Below the pieces are notes generated by a model, which had not been told where the DNA came from, made no database searches, and saw nothing but the letters and a program-made list of their open reading frames with translations. Source: Chiloscyllium plagiosum (lineage: Eukaryota). Taken from it: 64,000 nucleotides of DNA. This document shows, piece by piece, positions 47,749-62,125 of the stretch (positions are counted from its first letter, which is position 1; each line of letters starts with the position of its first letter). The position numbers were made by a program, and so were the translations under genes. The stretch covers positions 71,293,715 to 71,357,714 of the forward strand of contig NC_057718.1 in the NCBI RefSeq assembly GCF_004010195.1. Direction: 5' to 3'.

Positions 47749-49399
47749 GTAAATGTCAACAGCGTTTAACTTTGCCTCAACTTCACCATTTAGAACATTT
47801 TTAAATGTCAATCATAATACCACTAGAGTGACTTCAGTGTATCAGCAAGTGAATTGGAGATGGTGCATGACTTGTCAGAAAATTAGCGTTTTGTACATAC
47901 TCAACGTAGAATCTTTGCAGAACGCAGGGACCCAAAGTCTGCTGCTTTGCTTTATAGTGCCGAAGTGCAAGACATAATATGTGCAAGGTTATTACAAACT
48001 TCTAGGTAAAAATCAATTCCATTTTATTTACTGCATGGTCTGAGATGGGAATTCACTACTGTCTGCATTGTGGCTTGGAATAGTATCACAAATAATGGGC
48101 AATAAGCAGCTAGACTGGAATTCGCTAATCTTCCTATGAACAAGAAGAACATTAGAAAATAACAATGCCACTGAATGAAGGATGGATTTTCGTAATGTCG
48201 CTGGTCTAATAATCCAGAACCCCAAGTTAATGTCCTGAGTAATACAGTTCCAGATAATCTGGAATTAAAAGCTAACCTGGTGGCAGCCATTTTTTTTGTC
48301 ATTTAAAAACCCAGCTGATTTACTAATGTATTTCAGGGAAATGAATCTACCATCCTTATCTAGTGTGGCCTAGATGTGACTGATCTGTGACCCATTAGTG
48401 TCAAGTGAATCAAAAGGAATATTTTTGACTAATTGGATAGGTGTGGCAACATAGATAATTTGCTTGGATTTCAGATGTAATGTTCAACACACGATTTTTA
48501 GTTAAAATCAGTGAATCTTTTATTTAATTTCATCTGGCTAGGACTTGAATTAGGAGAGGGAGCATGTGAAGTAAGACCCTGGACTCAAGTTGGAAGGAAG
48601 TGGTTAGTGATGTCGCACAAAAATATCTGTGGGATGGCCTTCACTGTACACAGAAGATTAACACAGTATGTAGACATAGTACAAAACTGCAAAGAGTTCT
48701 TATAGTTTGAGTGTGCAAGCATTTCAGTGTCGTTAATTGTAGCATTATCCATTCTGGAAAAATAAAGAATGGATTTGTGTCCAGTGGTATTGTAAGTCTT
48801 GAGTATTGTCAGTCTGTGTGTGCATCAATTGTGAAGTATAGCTGGGTGTCCAAAAGGCAAATGGAATGTTGTTAGACTAGAGAGCTCAAGTATCAAGGTG
48901 AGGAAGTTCTGCTCAAGGTATAAAAAGGTGTACACACATCCCTTGTTATAGATCACACTTGGGATAGTGTACGTACTTCTGAGCACTGCTACAGAAAGGA
49001 TGTGTTGCCTTTGGACGAAGAGTTCAGTACAAATTCACATGAATAGCCTACAGGAATTCATGTGAATTCATGTGAATTCAAGAGATTGGATGAACTAAGT
49101 AATCCAAGCAGTGGCAGTAACACAGAAGGTTGCCACAGTTTACCACCAGTTCAGTATGGAGCTGAATTTAGAGGTGGATTTCTGGAGGTGATACTATGAT
49201 TCAAAAAGTGGCATAGGTTTGGTTGATCGGGAATCAGGCCTAGAGACAGTGAGTATGTAGTGTCTGGGAAGAGAAAATACTTACCTAGTTGTAGTTTACT
49301 AGGAATATAGCATGAGAGAAAGATACAGAAAAAGTTTAGTGATGAGTTGATAAGGATTATTGTCTGCAATTGATTAGATTTGGAATGGCGGGAGAAGAC

Positions 49400-51700
49400 A
49401 TAGTAAATCTGCACAGCTACTGCTGTCGCTGTTTGAGTTGAAGTATCTATGTTCATTTTTCTTAGACAATGTCCAATCTGAAATTCACAGCTGATCTTGG
49501 AGGAACCTGTGCTGGAGAGCTCACAGCACAGGAGAGCAGCAAAGTGGATTGTTTTAAGTATTACCTTATTGTTTTTTCTTTGTAGACCTATCATAGTGAG
49601 ATTCTTTTTTGATTCTATGTTTTGAGATCTGTCTCTAAATTAAAATTTAAAAATTTAAAACATACAAACTAAGTTAGCCTGGAGCAGTGTTTTAGAGTAG
49701 TAAGACTGCTATTTTCTGGCTTGCAGACTAAGGTGCAAAGATAGCCTTTAGTAGAGTAGGCCTTGAGGGTGATATAGTGGCTCCGCGGTTAGCACTGCTG
49801 TCTCTCCATGCCAGGGACTTAGGTTTGATTCCAGCCTTGGACGACTGTGTGGAGTTGGCAGATTCTCCCTACGTCTGTGGGTTTTCTCTGCATGCTCTGG
49901 TTTCCTCCCACAGTTCAGAGATGTGCAGGTTAGGTGAATTGGCCGCGCTAAATTGATCATCATATTCAAGAGAATGTGGTTAGGGTGCATTAGTCAGGGG
50001 AAATGCGGAGTAATATGGTTAGGGGAATAGGTCTGGATGGGTTACTCTTGGAAGGATCAGTGTAGAAGTGTTGGCCAAACATGGCCTGTTTCCACACTGT
50101 AGGGATTCTATGATGTGCTCTTCCTGTTGAATGCTGGGGATTAGGAAGAGTTTCCATGTTACTGATTGTCTGCAGTAACTGTTTGGTTGTGAATGCTATG
50201 TGATCACATCAATCGGTTGGAATGGCAGTTAGAAGCAATTAATCATTTACAGGCGGTAAGAGGTGATGGATGGCAGTTATAGGAAGGGAGAAAAGCTATC
50301 AATGCAGTCAGTGGGTTGCCTCCAGGAAAGGTAGGAGAGGGAGGCAGGTAATGCGGGAGTCTCCTGTGGCTGTCCCCACTTCAAACAAGTATGGTGTTTT
50401 GGAAAACATAGGGGGTGATGGGCTGTTGGGAATGTAGTACGAACTGCCAAGCTTTTGGTACAGTAATGTAATGGGGGATATGTGTTCCAAGCGATCAATT
50501 TGTGATAGCAGGAAGATTTGCTAGAGCTGCTCTGGAGGATTTAACTAGTAAGGTGGGAGGGTGGAACCCAGTGGGATAATGAGGAAAGAGATCGGTCTGA
50601 GACTAGTACAGCTGGGGAAAGGAGCAAGTCAGACGTTCAGGGCAGGCAGGAGCAAGGCAGAGAAGAACGTTGGACTGAAATTAAACTGCATTTATTTCAA
50701 TGCAAGGGGCCTAAAGGGAAGGCAGGTGAACTCAGGGCATGGTTAGGAACTGGGATATTACACCAGTCACAGAGACATACATCAGGGATGGACAGAACTG
50801 GCAGCTTAATGTTCCAGAATACAATTGCTACAGTCAGGATAGAAAGGAGGGCAAGAGAGCAAGAAGAGTGGCGTTTTTGATTGGGGTAATAATACGGCTG
50901 TACTTGGGGAGGACATTCCTGGGAATACGTCCAGGGAATTTATTTGGATGGAACTGAGAAATAAAGGGATAATTACCTTATTGGGGAGCCTATACGACAA
51001 TCTCAATAGTCAACAGAAAGTTGAGAAACAAATTTGTAAGGAGATCTGTTATTAATGAGAATAATAGGGTGGTTATAGTGGGAATTTTAACTTTGCAAAC
51101 AGAGACTGGGACTGCCATAGTGTAAGGGTTTAGATGGAGAGGAATTTAAGTGTGTACAAGATAATTTTTTAGATTAGATTAATTTACTGTATTACTTTTG
51201 ACTGTATTACGAAAGATTTGTATTCAAAAATTGATTGAGGGCAGAGGTTTGCAGGTAAAGGGATGGCTGGAAAATGGGAAGCCTTCAAAAATGAGATAGG
51301 ATATTCTTGTTAAGGTGAAAAGCAAGTGGTAGGTGTAGGGATACTGGATATCTAGAGAATGAAGTTTTGGTCAAGAAAAGGAAGGAAGCATATGTCAGTA
51401 TAGACAGCAGAGATCAAGTGAATCCTTAGATGTGTAAAGGAAATAGCAGTATACTTGGGGAAATCAGTAAGGCAAAAAGAGGACATGAGATAGCTTTGGT
51501 ACATAGGATTGAAGAGAATCCAAATAATATAATACAGTTAAGTAAATGGCTGGAGAGGTGGGGTTCAGGTTTGTGGGGCTTTAGGATGTCTTCCAGAGAT
51601 GTGGAACCTGTACAAGGACAGGTTGCATCTGAATTGGAGGGGCACGCTATAGTCCTGGCAGGGAGGTTTGTTAGTGCCACTTGAGAGGATTTAAATTAGT
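49400..51700 (+). mobile_element. CR1/HER1 5' portion (UTR, ORF1, endonuclease) with an older SINE at ~49765-50110
   Basis: LNCIYFNARGL, WDI..VTET..RDGQNWQLNVP remnants; similar to the reverse complement of ~17700-18800. Confidence 0.75.
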
Positions 51701-54700
51701 GTAACGGGGCTGGGAACTAGACCATTAGGTCAAGTAAAATGACCAAGGAGCAGTCGGAGACTAAGAGGAAGATGGCAGGACTGGTGGTCTGAGGTGTATT
51801 TGCTTTAATACAATGAGTATGACAAGTAAAACAAATGAATTTAGAGATTGCGTAGAGCACAAAAATATGTTTGGTACAATTAGTTTGGGATTTTACTGCA
51901 CCCATCCCAGAAAATGTGAAAATAGGTGTTAGGTGGGTGATCTGAACTGTCCCTAAATTGACTGGGACTCGTTTAGTCCCAGTGGTTTGGATGGGTGGGG
52001 TCAAGAGACTATTTGTTACCTGTGTATAGGTTTTTTTAAATACCGTGTAAGTAGTCCAACAAGGGAAGGGACCATACTAGACCTGTTCTTTTGGGAATGA
52101 GCATGGCCAGGTGATCAAAGTTTCAGTGGAGGAGCATTGGCCACATTCTAGAACAATGGCCATAATTCTAAGTTTCAACCTTCGGCCCAACTCATCCGAC
52201 CCAGTTTTGGAAACTAAAATAATCCATTTGCCTTCATTTTGCCCGTATCCCTATGATCTTTCCCAATCCATGTATCTGTCCTGATGTCATTTAAATGTTG
52301 TAACTGTACCCTCCTTTACCACTTTGGCATCTCATTCCACACGGGTAGAACCCTCGGCGTGGAAACAGTTGCCCTCTGATCCCTTTTTAAGTTTTTCCCC
52401 CCTCTCAAAAGGGGCTGTACCCACTATTTTTATACTCCCCTATCCTAGGGAAAATACCTTGGCTATTCACCTTAACTATCCCCCTCATTTTATAAACCTT
52501 TATCAAGTCACTCCTCAACCTCCTGCACTCTAGGCAAAATAACTAATTGTCAGGTGGAAGTATTGAATTTGGGAAAGGCTAACTGTAACAATACTGCACA
52601 GGTACTGGGGAATGTAGATTGAGTGTGGCTGAGGATAATCCATATCTCATGTGGGAATCTTTTAATGGGCAGTTGATTAGAAGTAAGGATCAGCATGTTT
52701 TTCTGAAAGTAAATAATTAAAATGGCAAGATTCAGGAACCTGAATTTGAGAGCTTAAGTCAAGTAGAAAAAGGAGACTTGGGAAGGTTTTTAGAAACGTC
52801 TAGAGTATCTAGTCCTCAAAGAAAACAGCAGGAAAGCACTTGAACAAGGAATTAGAGTTAAAAGTATAAAAATTGGCAAGTCACATTTGGAATATTGTGC
52901 ACAGTTCTGGTCACCATTCCACTTGTAGGTTGTGGATGCTTTGGCAGAGGTGCAGAAAGAATTTACCAGAAGGTTGCCTGATTTGAAGGCTATTGGATAT
53001 GAGGAGAGATTGAAAAAACTTGGTTTGTTTTTACTTGAAAGTCAAAGGGTAATTAATCTGTGAGGTTTACAAAATTGAGTGGCAGGAATAGACGAGATAA
53101 AACTTCTTTCTCCCAGGATAGAAATGCCAATTACTAGGACACATACCTTTAAGGGAGAAGCTGGGGGGGAGGGGCAAGATTAAATGAGATGTCAGAGGCA
53201 AGTTTTTTCTTCTTTCAGGATAGTAAATGCCTTGAATGCACTGATAGAGGAGATTGAGGTAGATACAGTTGCAGCATTTAAGGGCAACTTGGCAGGTACA
53301 TGAATAGACAGGCAGTAGAGGGACAGCATAGGCGCAACTTCAGAAAGGCATCATTTGTCAGCACTGTTTTAGTAGGCCAAAGGGCCTGTTTCTGTGTTGT
53401 GCTTTTCTTTGACGGAAAAAGTTGTATGGTTCAGGTTTTGGTGTTTTCAGTTGAAGTTGAATTTTTTTTTGTTAATCAGAGGATCTAGGAAAGGAAAGAT
53501 GTAGCATTTAGATAGAAGCTGTAGTCAGGGGTGAGAAATTAAAAAATACATCCCCTCAAAGATAGGGATCACCCCAAAGAAAAATCGATCAATGTAGCTG
53601 AATTTTTTTCAAGTGAGGTTGTGAAAAGGCATTTCTAAACAAGCCAAGGCAAGTGGAACGATTTGTAGTTCAAGTTTAAATTTGCGCCCATGTTGTCTTC
53701 GAAATAGCTGGTCACAGGTTTAATTTCCCATGATACTAAATTTTTTTGGCTTACTGCTTTTCTGAAAGCCTTAATGTAAATAATGCTGAATATATTATAT
53801 ATTCATTGAACTGTATTTCAAAGTTGGGAACTAAATATTCAGAGTTTCGTCTCTTTGAAAGGAAAGGATGGTGGGGTAACGTTGATATGGCATGGAATAA
53901 GTACGATAGGAAGAGATAATTTGTACAAACTTAGCCTATATCCCAACCCAATCTAGTCCCACCTGCCAGTACCCAGCCCATATCCCTCCAAACCCATATA
54001 TAGGAGGAGGAAGAAACCATAAGAAGTTTATGGGCCCTTTGGCTATGTGGTGGAACAGAGAATACATCAAGAGATAATGTGGACATGTAACAAACACAGT
54101 ACATTAATCACAGGGATAGTCAGATTGGCAGAAGTCATAATATTTAGGACCGTTTCCTAGAGTGAGTTGTGGATCCAACCGGAGACTGGGCTGTTTTGGA
54201 TCTGAATGTGTAATGAGGCAGGTTTAATAAATGATGTCAGCATGAAAGATCCCCTTTGCAACGTGATAATAAGATGATAGAATCTAGCATTCAGTGTGAG
54301 AGAGGGGAACTTGGCTCAGATACAACTAAGCTTAATTAAGAATAATTACAAAGGAATGAAGGAAGAGCTGACTGAAGTGGACTGGTGAATAGAGTTCAGC
54401 AGCAAAGATTGTTGGGGAACAAAGCATTTTAAGAAAATTCATGACTCATGGCAAAAACATGTTCTAGTGAGGGATGAGGGTTCGAGAAAAAGAATGAGCG
54501 AACTGTGGCTAACCAAGAAGTTCATGATAGTATCAGATTGAAAGAAAAACGTGTGGCAAAGCTTAGTGATGAGAGGATTGGAAAGTTTTTTAAAAATTAA
54601 CAAAATAATCGATAACATAAACTGAAGATAACTTGCAAGTGATAGTAAGTCTCTTTACACTTTTTAAGAAAAAAGAGCAAAGCCATAGTGAATGTGAAGC

Positions 54701-54704
54701 CCCT

Positions 54705-55380
54705 TGAAAATGAGGACTGCAGATGCTGGGGATCAGAGCCAAAAGGTACGGCAACATCCGAGGAGCAGGAGAGTCAATGTTTTGGGCATGAGTCTGAATC
54801 AGGAATGTGGGTTTGGTGGGAGCTGAGAGATAAATAGGAGGGGATGGGGCTGGCGGGACGGTAGCTGAGAATGTGATCGGTGGATAATAGGTGGGGGGTG
54901 ATGGTGATAGATTGGAGTGGATAGGTAAGACGAAAGATGGTCAGCTAGGACAGTTGAAGAGGGTGGTTGGATCTGGAATGAGGTTGGGGGAGAGGGGAGA
55001 TGAGGGAACTGGTGAAATTGACATTGGTACCGTGTGGTTGGAGAGTCCCAAAGCGATAGATGAGGCTGCCTTCCTCCAGGTGTTGGAGGTGACCCAGGAC
55101 TTGCATGTCGTCAGTGGAGTGGGAAAGGGTGTTGAAGTGGTCAGTCACAGCGGTGGAGTAGTATAGTGCATGTGTCCCAGAGATGTTCTCTGAAATGTTC
55201 AATGAGTTGGCATCCTGTCTCCCCAATGTAGTGGAGAACACATCAAGAGCAACAGGCACAGTAAATTAGGTGTTTGGATTGCAGGAAAACCTCTATCTGA
55301 TGTGAAAGGATCCTTTGTGGCCTTGAATAGAGGTGAGGGGAGAAGTGTGGGTGCAGAATGTTGCCTGACCTGTGTTTTTC
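54705..55380 (-). mobile_element. Penelope-like 3' fragment (target of the L1 insertion)
   Basis: Minus-strand GIY-YIG remnants and LEE..LIYRFGTLQPHG.NVNF; terminal-repeat sequence GAGGACTGCAGATGCTGG shared with ~33354. Confidence 0.65.
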
Positions 55381-55722
55381 CAGCACCACGCTTTTTTTTA
55401 CTTTTTATAATATTTTTTATTAAGAAAAAATAGATTTTTAAATATTAGAACAAATACAAAACAATGCAATTCAAAACCGTACAAAAATAGTACAAAACTA
55501 AACCCAAATAATAAAAAAACCCAACCCACCCTCCTATATGAATGTGTAAACATATATAGAGAAGTATAAAATTTCAAAAAAACCTAAACTAGCTATTTAA
55601 CTAAATAAATACCTAACAACAAACAAATAAATAGTAATAACTCAGCCCAGCCAAACAAAACACTCATACATTCACAGTTCCTCCTCCCTGGATATTGGAC
55701 TCATGAAACGCAATCGTTATGG

Positions 55723-58700
55723 CTATATAAAAGCCCTTGTTAGCGTAGCGGATAAATCTGTGTCCAGGTATTTCAAAAAGGGTTGCCATGTCTTGTAAAA
55801 ATTCTCAGTTTTGTGATATTTGTGAGAAAATCCAGGGGAATATGCTCCATAACAATCGTCTGCCAACCCAACAGGCCTGGGGGGTTTTCTGATATCCAAC
55901 CTAGCAAGATATTCTTCCTTGCACAGAATGTAAGAAAAGTTTTTTCTTATGCGAGTCTGCAGGAAATACAGTGGGCAGGCCCAAAAGGAGCGAAATAGGG
56001 TCCTTCTCCACCCCTACACCTAAAACCCTCTCCATTACAGCGCTCCAACATGTTTGAAGCCTGTCACAAAACCAAAGAGTACCCATACAGACCTTGCACT
56101 TGGGACATGCTGAAGATACTCCTGGTTTAAATTTTGACAAAAGGTCAAAGGCTGAGTGGACACTGTGGAGAATCTTCAACTGTAAAGCATGGGTCCTGTT
56201 GCAAATTGATATCTTCCTTTCATTCTCCCAAATATCCTCCCATGCCTCTGAAGAAACTTCAGCACCCAGCTCTCTCTCCCACATCTTGCAGTCGATCAGA
56301 TTCATCTGAGGTGGTGCCCCCCCAATTGGTGATATAGAGTACTGACAGAGAGTGTACTCTTAGCCCTTAGTACCCTTCTTTCTATGTCAGATTTGTAGGG
56401 ATCAGTCAAAAGTGCGGTCTTTTTTTTAAAATAAAATCCCTAACTTGAAAAAAACGAAAGAGGTCTCTATGAGGTAACTCGTACTTGCATACTAACTGAT
56501 CAAAGGACATCATTACATCTCCCTCAAATAAGTCACCCATGCAAGATATACCCCTAGCTGCCCAACATTTAAATCCTGAATCTATCATACCTGGTTGAAA
56601 ATTCGGCATACCCACTAAAGGTATAAACAAAGATGTTTTGCCAATATTACCTTCCCTCTGCCGAATTGCGCTCCATGCTTTAACAGTATTGATGACTATT
56701 GGGTTTTGGCAATATTCCCTAACTGTCCTCACCTTGTCCAAAAACAGCAAACTGGTAAGGGGGCACCTTGCCTGGGAGACTTCGATACCGAGCCATATTG
56801 AAAGAGGGTCCCCACAAACCCAATCACTTACATAGGTCAATAGCGAGCTTAATTGGTCATTTTTAATGTCTGGAAGGTTCCCCCCAATCTGTGAGGCAAC
56901 TGCAGTTTGGCTAATTTAATGAGGGGCCGTTTACGGTGCCAGATAAAGGAGCTGAACCAACTGTTCAGTCTCCTGAGTGTTTGTTTATTGAAAATCAGGG
57001 GGAGCATCCGTATAGGGTATAGCAAACGAGGGAGAATATTCATCTTTTAATAAGCGCTATCCGACCCAACCATGAGACTGGAAGTGCCTCCCATCTTTGG
57101 AGATTTTGTTTAATTTTTTCAAATAATTGAGTAAAATTGGCTTTGAACAGCCAATCCAGAACTGGAGTAATGAATATGCCCAAATACACAAAACCCCCCT
57201 GTGACCACCTAAATGGGAATCTATAGTCACTCTCAAGAGCCAACTCTTTTGTAAGACCACCCACAGGCATAGCCTCTGATTTAGCAAAATTAATCTTATA
57301 CCCTGAAAAAGCGCCAAACGCGTGAATGCATTGTATTAGGCATTGTATGAGACTACTAGATTTGTCAAGAAAATTAGAACATCATCTGCATACAGCGAGA
57401 TCTTATGTAATTTTGACCCCACTTCTGGAGCTGATATATTGAGATCCCCACGAATGGCCTCTGCCAACGGTTCAATCACCAATGTAAAAAGTAATGGTGA
57501 AAGGGGACAGCCCTGCCAGCTGCCCCTAGAAATATTAAAATTGCTTGATCGAACAACGTTGGTAATGACCGCAGTGAGAGAACCTTTATCCATCTTATGA
57601 AAACTTTGCCCAGACCAAACCGGTCTAGAGTATAGAAAAGGTACGGCCACTCAACTCGATCAAATGCCTTCTCTGCAGCTAAAGAAATCACCAATCCCTG
57701 TATTGTCTGCTATTGGCATACCTGAATTACGTTAAGCAGTCTTCTAATGTTATTGGAGGATCTGCGACCCTTTATGAAGCCCATCTGATCCTCTTTAATA
57801 ATAGAGGGTAACACAGTCTCCAGCCTTAACACAAGAGCCTTAGGGAGGATCTTAAAGTCCACATTTAAGAGCAAGATGGGCCTGTATGAAGCACAGTCTT
57901 CCGGATCCTTCCCCTTTTAAGGATAAGTGAAATATTGGCCTGCCTCAGAGATGGTGGGAGACAAACATGACTGTATGAATCATTAACATATTCAGCATCG
58001 GGCCTGACAGTATACTTAAATTCCTTCTAGAATTCATTGGGAAGTCCATCAGGACTGGGTGCCTTTCCACTTTGAAGCTGCATCACAGCTTCCTGCACTT
58101 GTTGCTCTGATAATGGGGCATTGAGAAAGGACTGTTGTTCGGGGGTCACACCCGGGAACTTCAGATCTCTAAAAAAGGATTCCATTTTGGCCTGCCCCTC
58201 CTCACAATTCTCAGACTGATATAACTTAGAATAGAATCGCTGGAACGCCACATTATTCTTTTTAGAATCACATGTTAGGTTCCCAGACCCTTCCCTAATC
58301 ACTGTTATGGTTTGTGGGGCACTTCTCTTTCTAGAAAGGTATGCTAAGTATTTGCCTGGCTTGTAACAATGCTCGTATAACCTTTGCTTTGCAAAAGCCA
58401 GCTCCTTCTTTCCCTCTGCGTGAGCATGGAATTTAGTGTAGACCGCAGTGCCGTAATCCTCTGTAGTTTGACCAACGAGGGTCTGTGAAAATAGGCCTTC
58501 TCGTCTGCCTTCAAACGTGCTTCAAGGAGACGTTGCTGCTTGCCCTTCTGCCGCTTCCTACTTGTGGAATATGAAATATCTAACCCTCTGGCATAAGCTT
58601 TGGCAGTTTCCCAGAGAACAGATGAGCTATCAACTGAGCCTATGTTGATGTCTAGGAATGCCTGAAATTCCCTAGAGAAATACTCCACAACCTTGCTGTC

Positions 58701-59454
58701 CATTCGCCAGTACCTGAATCCACTGTAACATCCTTAATTTTAACCATGAGGTACACTGCAGCATGATCAGAGGTGGCAATAATACCAATCGTACAGGATG
58801 CCACCAGATCCAGGGTTAACGCAGGGGTCACAAAAAAAAATGAATCCTCGTGTGACATCTATGTGGATTGGAGAAAAACGTGAAATCCCTACCTGTAGGG
58901 TGGACACACCTCCAGACGTCCACCAACCCTAATTCCTCACACAGACCCAATAACTGTTTAGTTTGTGTAGAGGGTATCGAGGGATCTTTAGACAACCTGT
59001 CTACTGTGGGGTCCATGAGGCAGTTAAAATCTCCCCCTATAATGATGTGCCAAGACTTGAGACTTGTCAGTTTAGAAAAAGCATCTACCTAGAATTTAAG
59101 CGGATGAACTGGGGGACAATAAACATTTAAAATGCCATATTCTTCCCCATTTATCAAAGATTTAAGAATTACAAACCTCCTGTATGTGTTTTTAACACAT
59201 TCCAACAATTTAAATGAGCAATTTTTCCTTACCAATATAGCCATTCCCCTACTTATATTAAATGATGAAAAATAAACTCGGTCAAAACCATTCTGCTGTA
59301 ATTTCAGATGCTCCTTGTCGTCCAAATGTGTCTCCTGTTACAAAGCATTATCCACTTTCTCCTTTCTAAGACTCGAGAGTACCTTCTTCCTCTTAATTGG
59401 TGAGTGACTTCCCTTGATATTCCAGGTACACCATTTAATCAAGTCACTAGCCAT
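55723..59454 (-). pseudogene. L1 ORF2 (APE endonuclease, RT, Cys-rich domain), frameshifted
   Basis: [54 protein letters not shown] in successive frames. Confidence 0.92.
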
Positions 59455-59888
59455 AATCTTCTGCAATTACATTTGAATTCCAGAGAGGAGGAACCCAAAC
59501 CACAAATTGCTGAGCCTTAGTGTTGCACGGTCCACCAAATATAAAAACTACATAAACTAAAACCACTACATTTAAGAAACATACAAAATTATTAAAAATA
59601 AAAAAAACAAAAACCAGAAGACAAACCAACATATAAAGCGCCAATAGCGCTGAGTAGGGGACTATTTAAAAAAAGAGGGACTAAGTACCCCACCCATCCC
59701 TTAGTATCTCCTAACAAAATTTAAAATGTGCATCTTAACCACCGCCAGACATAGTTTGAACCAAATTATTATCAATAGAGGAAAAAAAGGGGAAAAACAA
59801 AGCTTGAACCGGATTTCCTCCATTTCTTTTACAGAATGATAAACGTATACCCAAGCAACAATATTTATAAATACTACAGTTGTTTAAA

Positions 59889-60690
59889 TTAGGTTAGTTT
59901 GTCCACAAAGTCTCTTGCCATCTCCGATGTGTCAATGAGATGCATGGATCCATCTAAGGTGATCCGAAGCACTGCCGGTTATCTCTGAGTACTGACTCCC
60001 AAGCTCCTTCAATCTTCTCTTGACGCCATCATACAATTTTCGTTTCTGGATCACCGCCGCTGAAAAGTCCTGAAAAAACATGATCTTAGACCCCTCGTAA
60101 ATTAGGGCCTTTGGATCCTTCCCCTGGAGTCTGGAAGCCTCCATGACTCTCTCCTTATCCCAGTAATGATGGAACCCGCACCAGGAAAGACGAGGGCGTT
60201 GACCCAGACCCGGCCTCTGTGTTACGACCCGGTGAGCCCTCTCTATCTTCAATCCTCTCATGCCAATCTCCAAGTCAAGGAATTTCGGAAGCCAATCTTC
60301 AACAAATTCCGCAGGCCGCTCACCTTCCCTACCCTCAGGTAGGCCGATGATCCGAATGTTTTTTCTCCTGCTCCTGTTTTCAAGATCATCCACTTGGTCA
60401 CGCAAATTACGAACCTGCGTCTTCAGGGCTTGGATCTTTTCCTTGAATGAACTGGCATCAGCTTCCATCACTGTGACCCTGTGCTCCACCTCATCCGTCC
60501 TCTTCTCCAGGTCTCCCAGCTGCTGCTCATGCTTCTGCAGCATGAGAGAGACTGGAGCCAGCTTCTCTTCAATCTGTTTCCCCAACATCTCGCAAGATTT
60601 CAAAAGCTGGCTCACCACGTCCTGGAGAGTAATCGGCTCCGACGCTGCTGCAGGCCCGGCCTCAGATGCGCCTCCTCCCTTTTTAGGCAT
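59889..60690 (-). pseudogene. L1 ORF1 (coiled coil and RRM), with frameshifts near the C-terminus
   Basis: DDLENRSRRKNIRIIGLPE..IERAHR..IMFFQDFS. Confidence 0.92.
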
Positions 60691-60899
60691 TTCTGGACAG
60701 CTGAAAATACAGGTAAGTCAATTTTTAAATGTTTCTTGGGGCTCCACAATCTTTCCAACGCCCCAAGAAATCCTGATGACGTGGGTTGGGTGGGTCAAAG
60801 GACCGTCCTGCTCCTGCTGCGATGCGAAGCTCTGCAGTATGAACTTCTCAGATCACCGCCATCTTAGATCCCCCCAGCACCACGCTTTTTGACTATTTG

Positions 60900-62125
60900 G
60901 AAAATGACATGGAGAAAGAATACCGGGGATCCAGGAAATGGCAGATGTGTTGAGTAAATACTTTCCTTTGCTGTGAAGACTGCACAAGAATCAGCAAGTT
61001 AGCCAACATTTCTTCCATGCTGTGCAAGTATGCAGCCACTGCAAGGTTCCACACATCATGGCATTGCCTTCCAGTTCCCGAAGTCACTGCTGCATACGGA
61101 CCTCTGAGGCCTGCATAGCTGCTAAGAAAATTAGAGGAAATGCTGCTAATAATAGCATTTCAAAAATTACTAACTATTTGAGGCGTAAAAGGAGGAGGGG
61201 AAACTAATCAGGATAAAGACCAGTAAGTTCTGTCTTTGATAGCATGCATTGCTAGGTATTAAATGAAGTAACTGCAGAGGGATCCTTCTCTTTTGGAACA
61301 GATTGAGTCTATAGAGCAATTGTAGATGACCTAATTGGGCAGAAGCTTGGAAATGGCGCATAATGTAGGGAAATGTCAGGTTATGTGCTTTGGCAGAAGG
61401 AATGGAGGAGCTAAATATTTGGAGATGAATTGCAGATGGATATATAATATAGGGATTTGGGAGCCCTCTTCCATGAATTATAAAATATGAGCGTCAGAGT
61501 TTATCAGGTAATAGTGATGACAAAGGGAATGTTGAACTTTTATTTTAAACAGGTGGATTTTAAAGTGGAGAGGTTTTGCTAAAACTGTACAAGACACTTG
61601 TCAACCACACCTGGAATACTGTGAACAGTTTTGGGGCTCTTATCTCAGGAAAAATATACTGGCATGGAAGGCAATCGAGGGAAACTTGCTTCTGCATAGA
61701 TACTGTCTTGAGAGGACTATCACCTGATGAAGGAGCGACGCTCTGAAAGTTAGTGTGCTTCCAGTTAAACCAGTTGGACCTGGTGTTGTGATTTTTAACT
61801 TAGTCTTATGAGGAGGTTGTGTATGTTGGGCCTGTAACCTTTGGAATTTCGAAGAACGAGAGGTGACCTGATGGGTAAATGCAAGATTCTTGAAGAACTT
61901 GACAGAATAGGTAAAGAAAGGTTGATTCCTCCCGTGGAACAGTCTAGGATCAGAGGGTATAATATCAGAATAAGGGATTGAAAATTTAAGACTGATATAA
62001 GAAATTTCTACAGAGAAGTGTTGAGGTGATGTAGTAAAGGTTATTGGGCAAAGACAGGAAGGTAGAGTTGGGTATCAGATCAGCAATGATATCATTGAAT
62101 GGCAGAGCAGATAGGTAAATGGAAT
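60900..62125 (+). mobile_element. Old CR1 3' fragments with a small Penelope-type insert (~61715-61800)
   Basis: ACCACACCTGGAATACTGTGAACAGTTTTGG (RPHLEYC.QFW-like); insert carries CTGATGAAGGAGCGACGCTCTGAAA. Confidence 0.7.

Larger units (their letters stand above)
55397..60873 (-). mobile_element. Full-length L1-clade LINE (~5.5 kb), antisense in TCP1 intron 6
   Basis: 17-bp TSD CCAGCACCACGCTTTTT (55380-55396, 60874-60890); 5' GGGGATCTAAGATGGCGG; ORF1, spacer, ORF2, A-rich tail. Confidence 0.95.

Noticed and set aside
49054..49080. GAATTCATGT tandem (about 2.7 copies)
   Set aside because: Ordinary slippage duplication within an old CR1 fragment.
60260..60892. 210-aa plus-strand ORF (possible ORF0-like antisense gene)
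   Set aside because: Ser-rich shadow of L1 ORF1 codons on the opposite strand.
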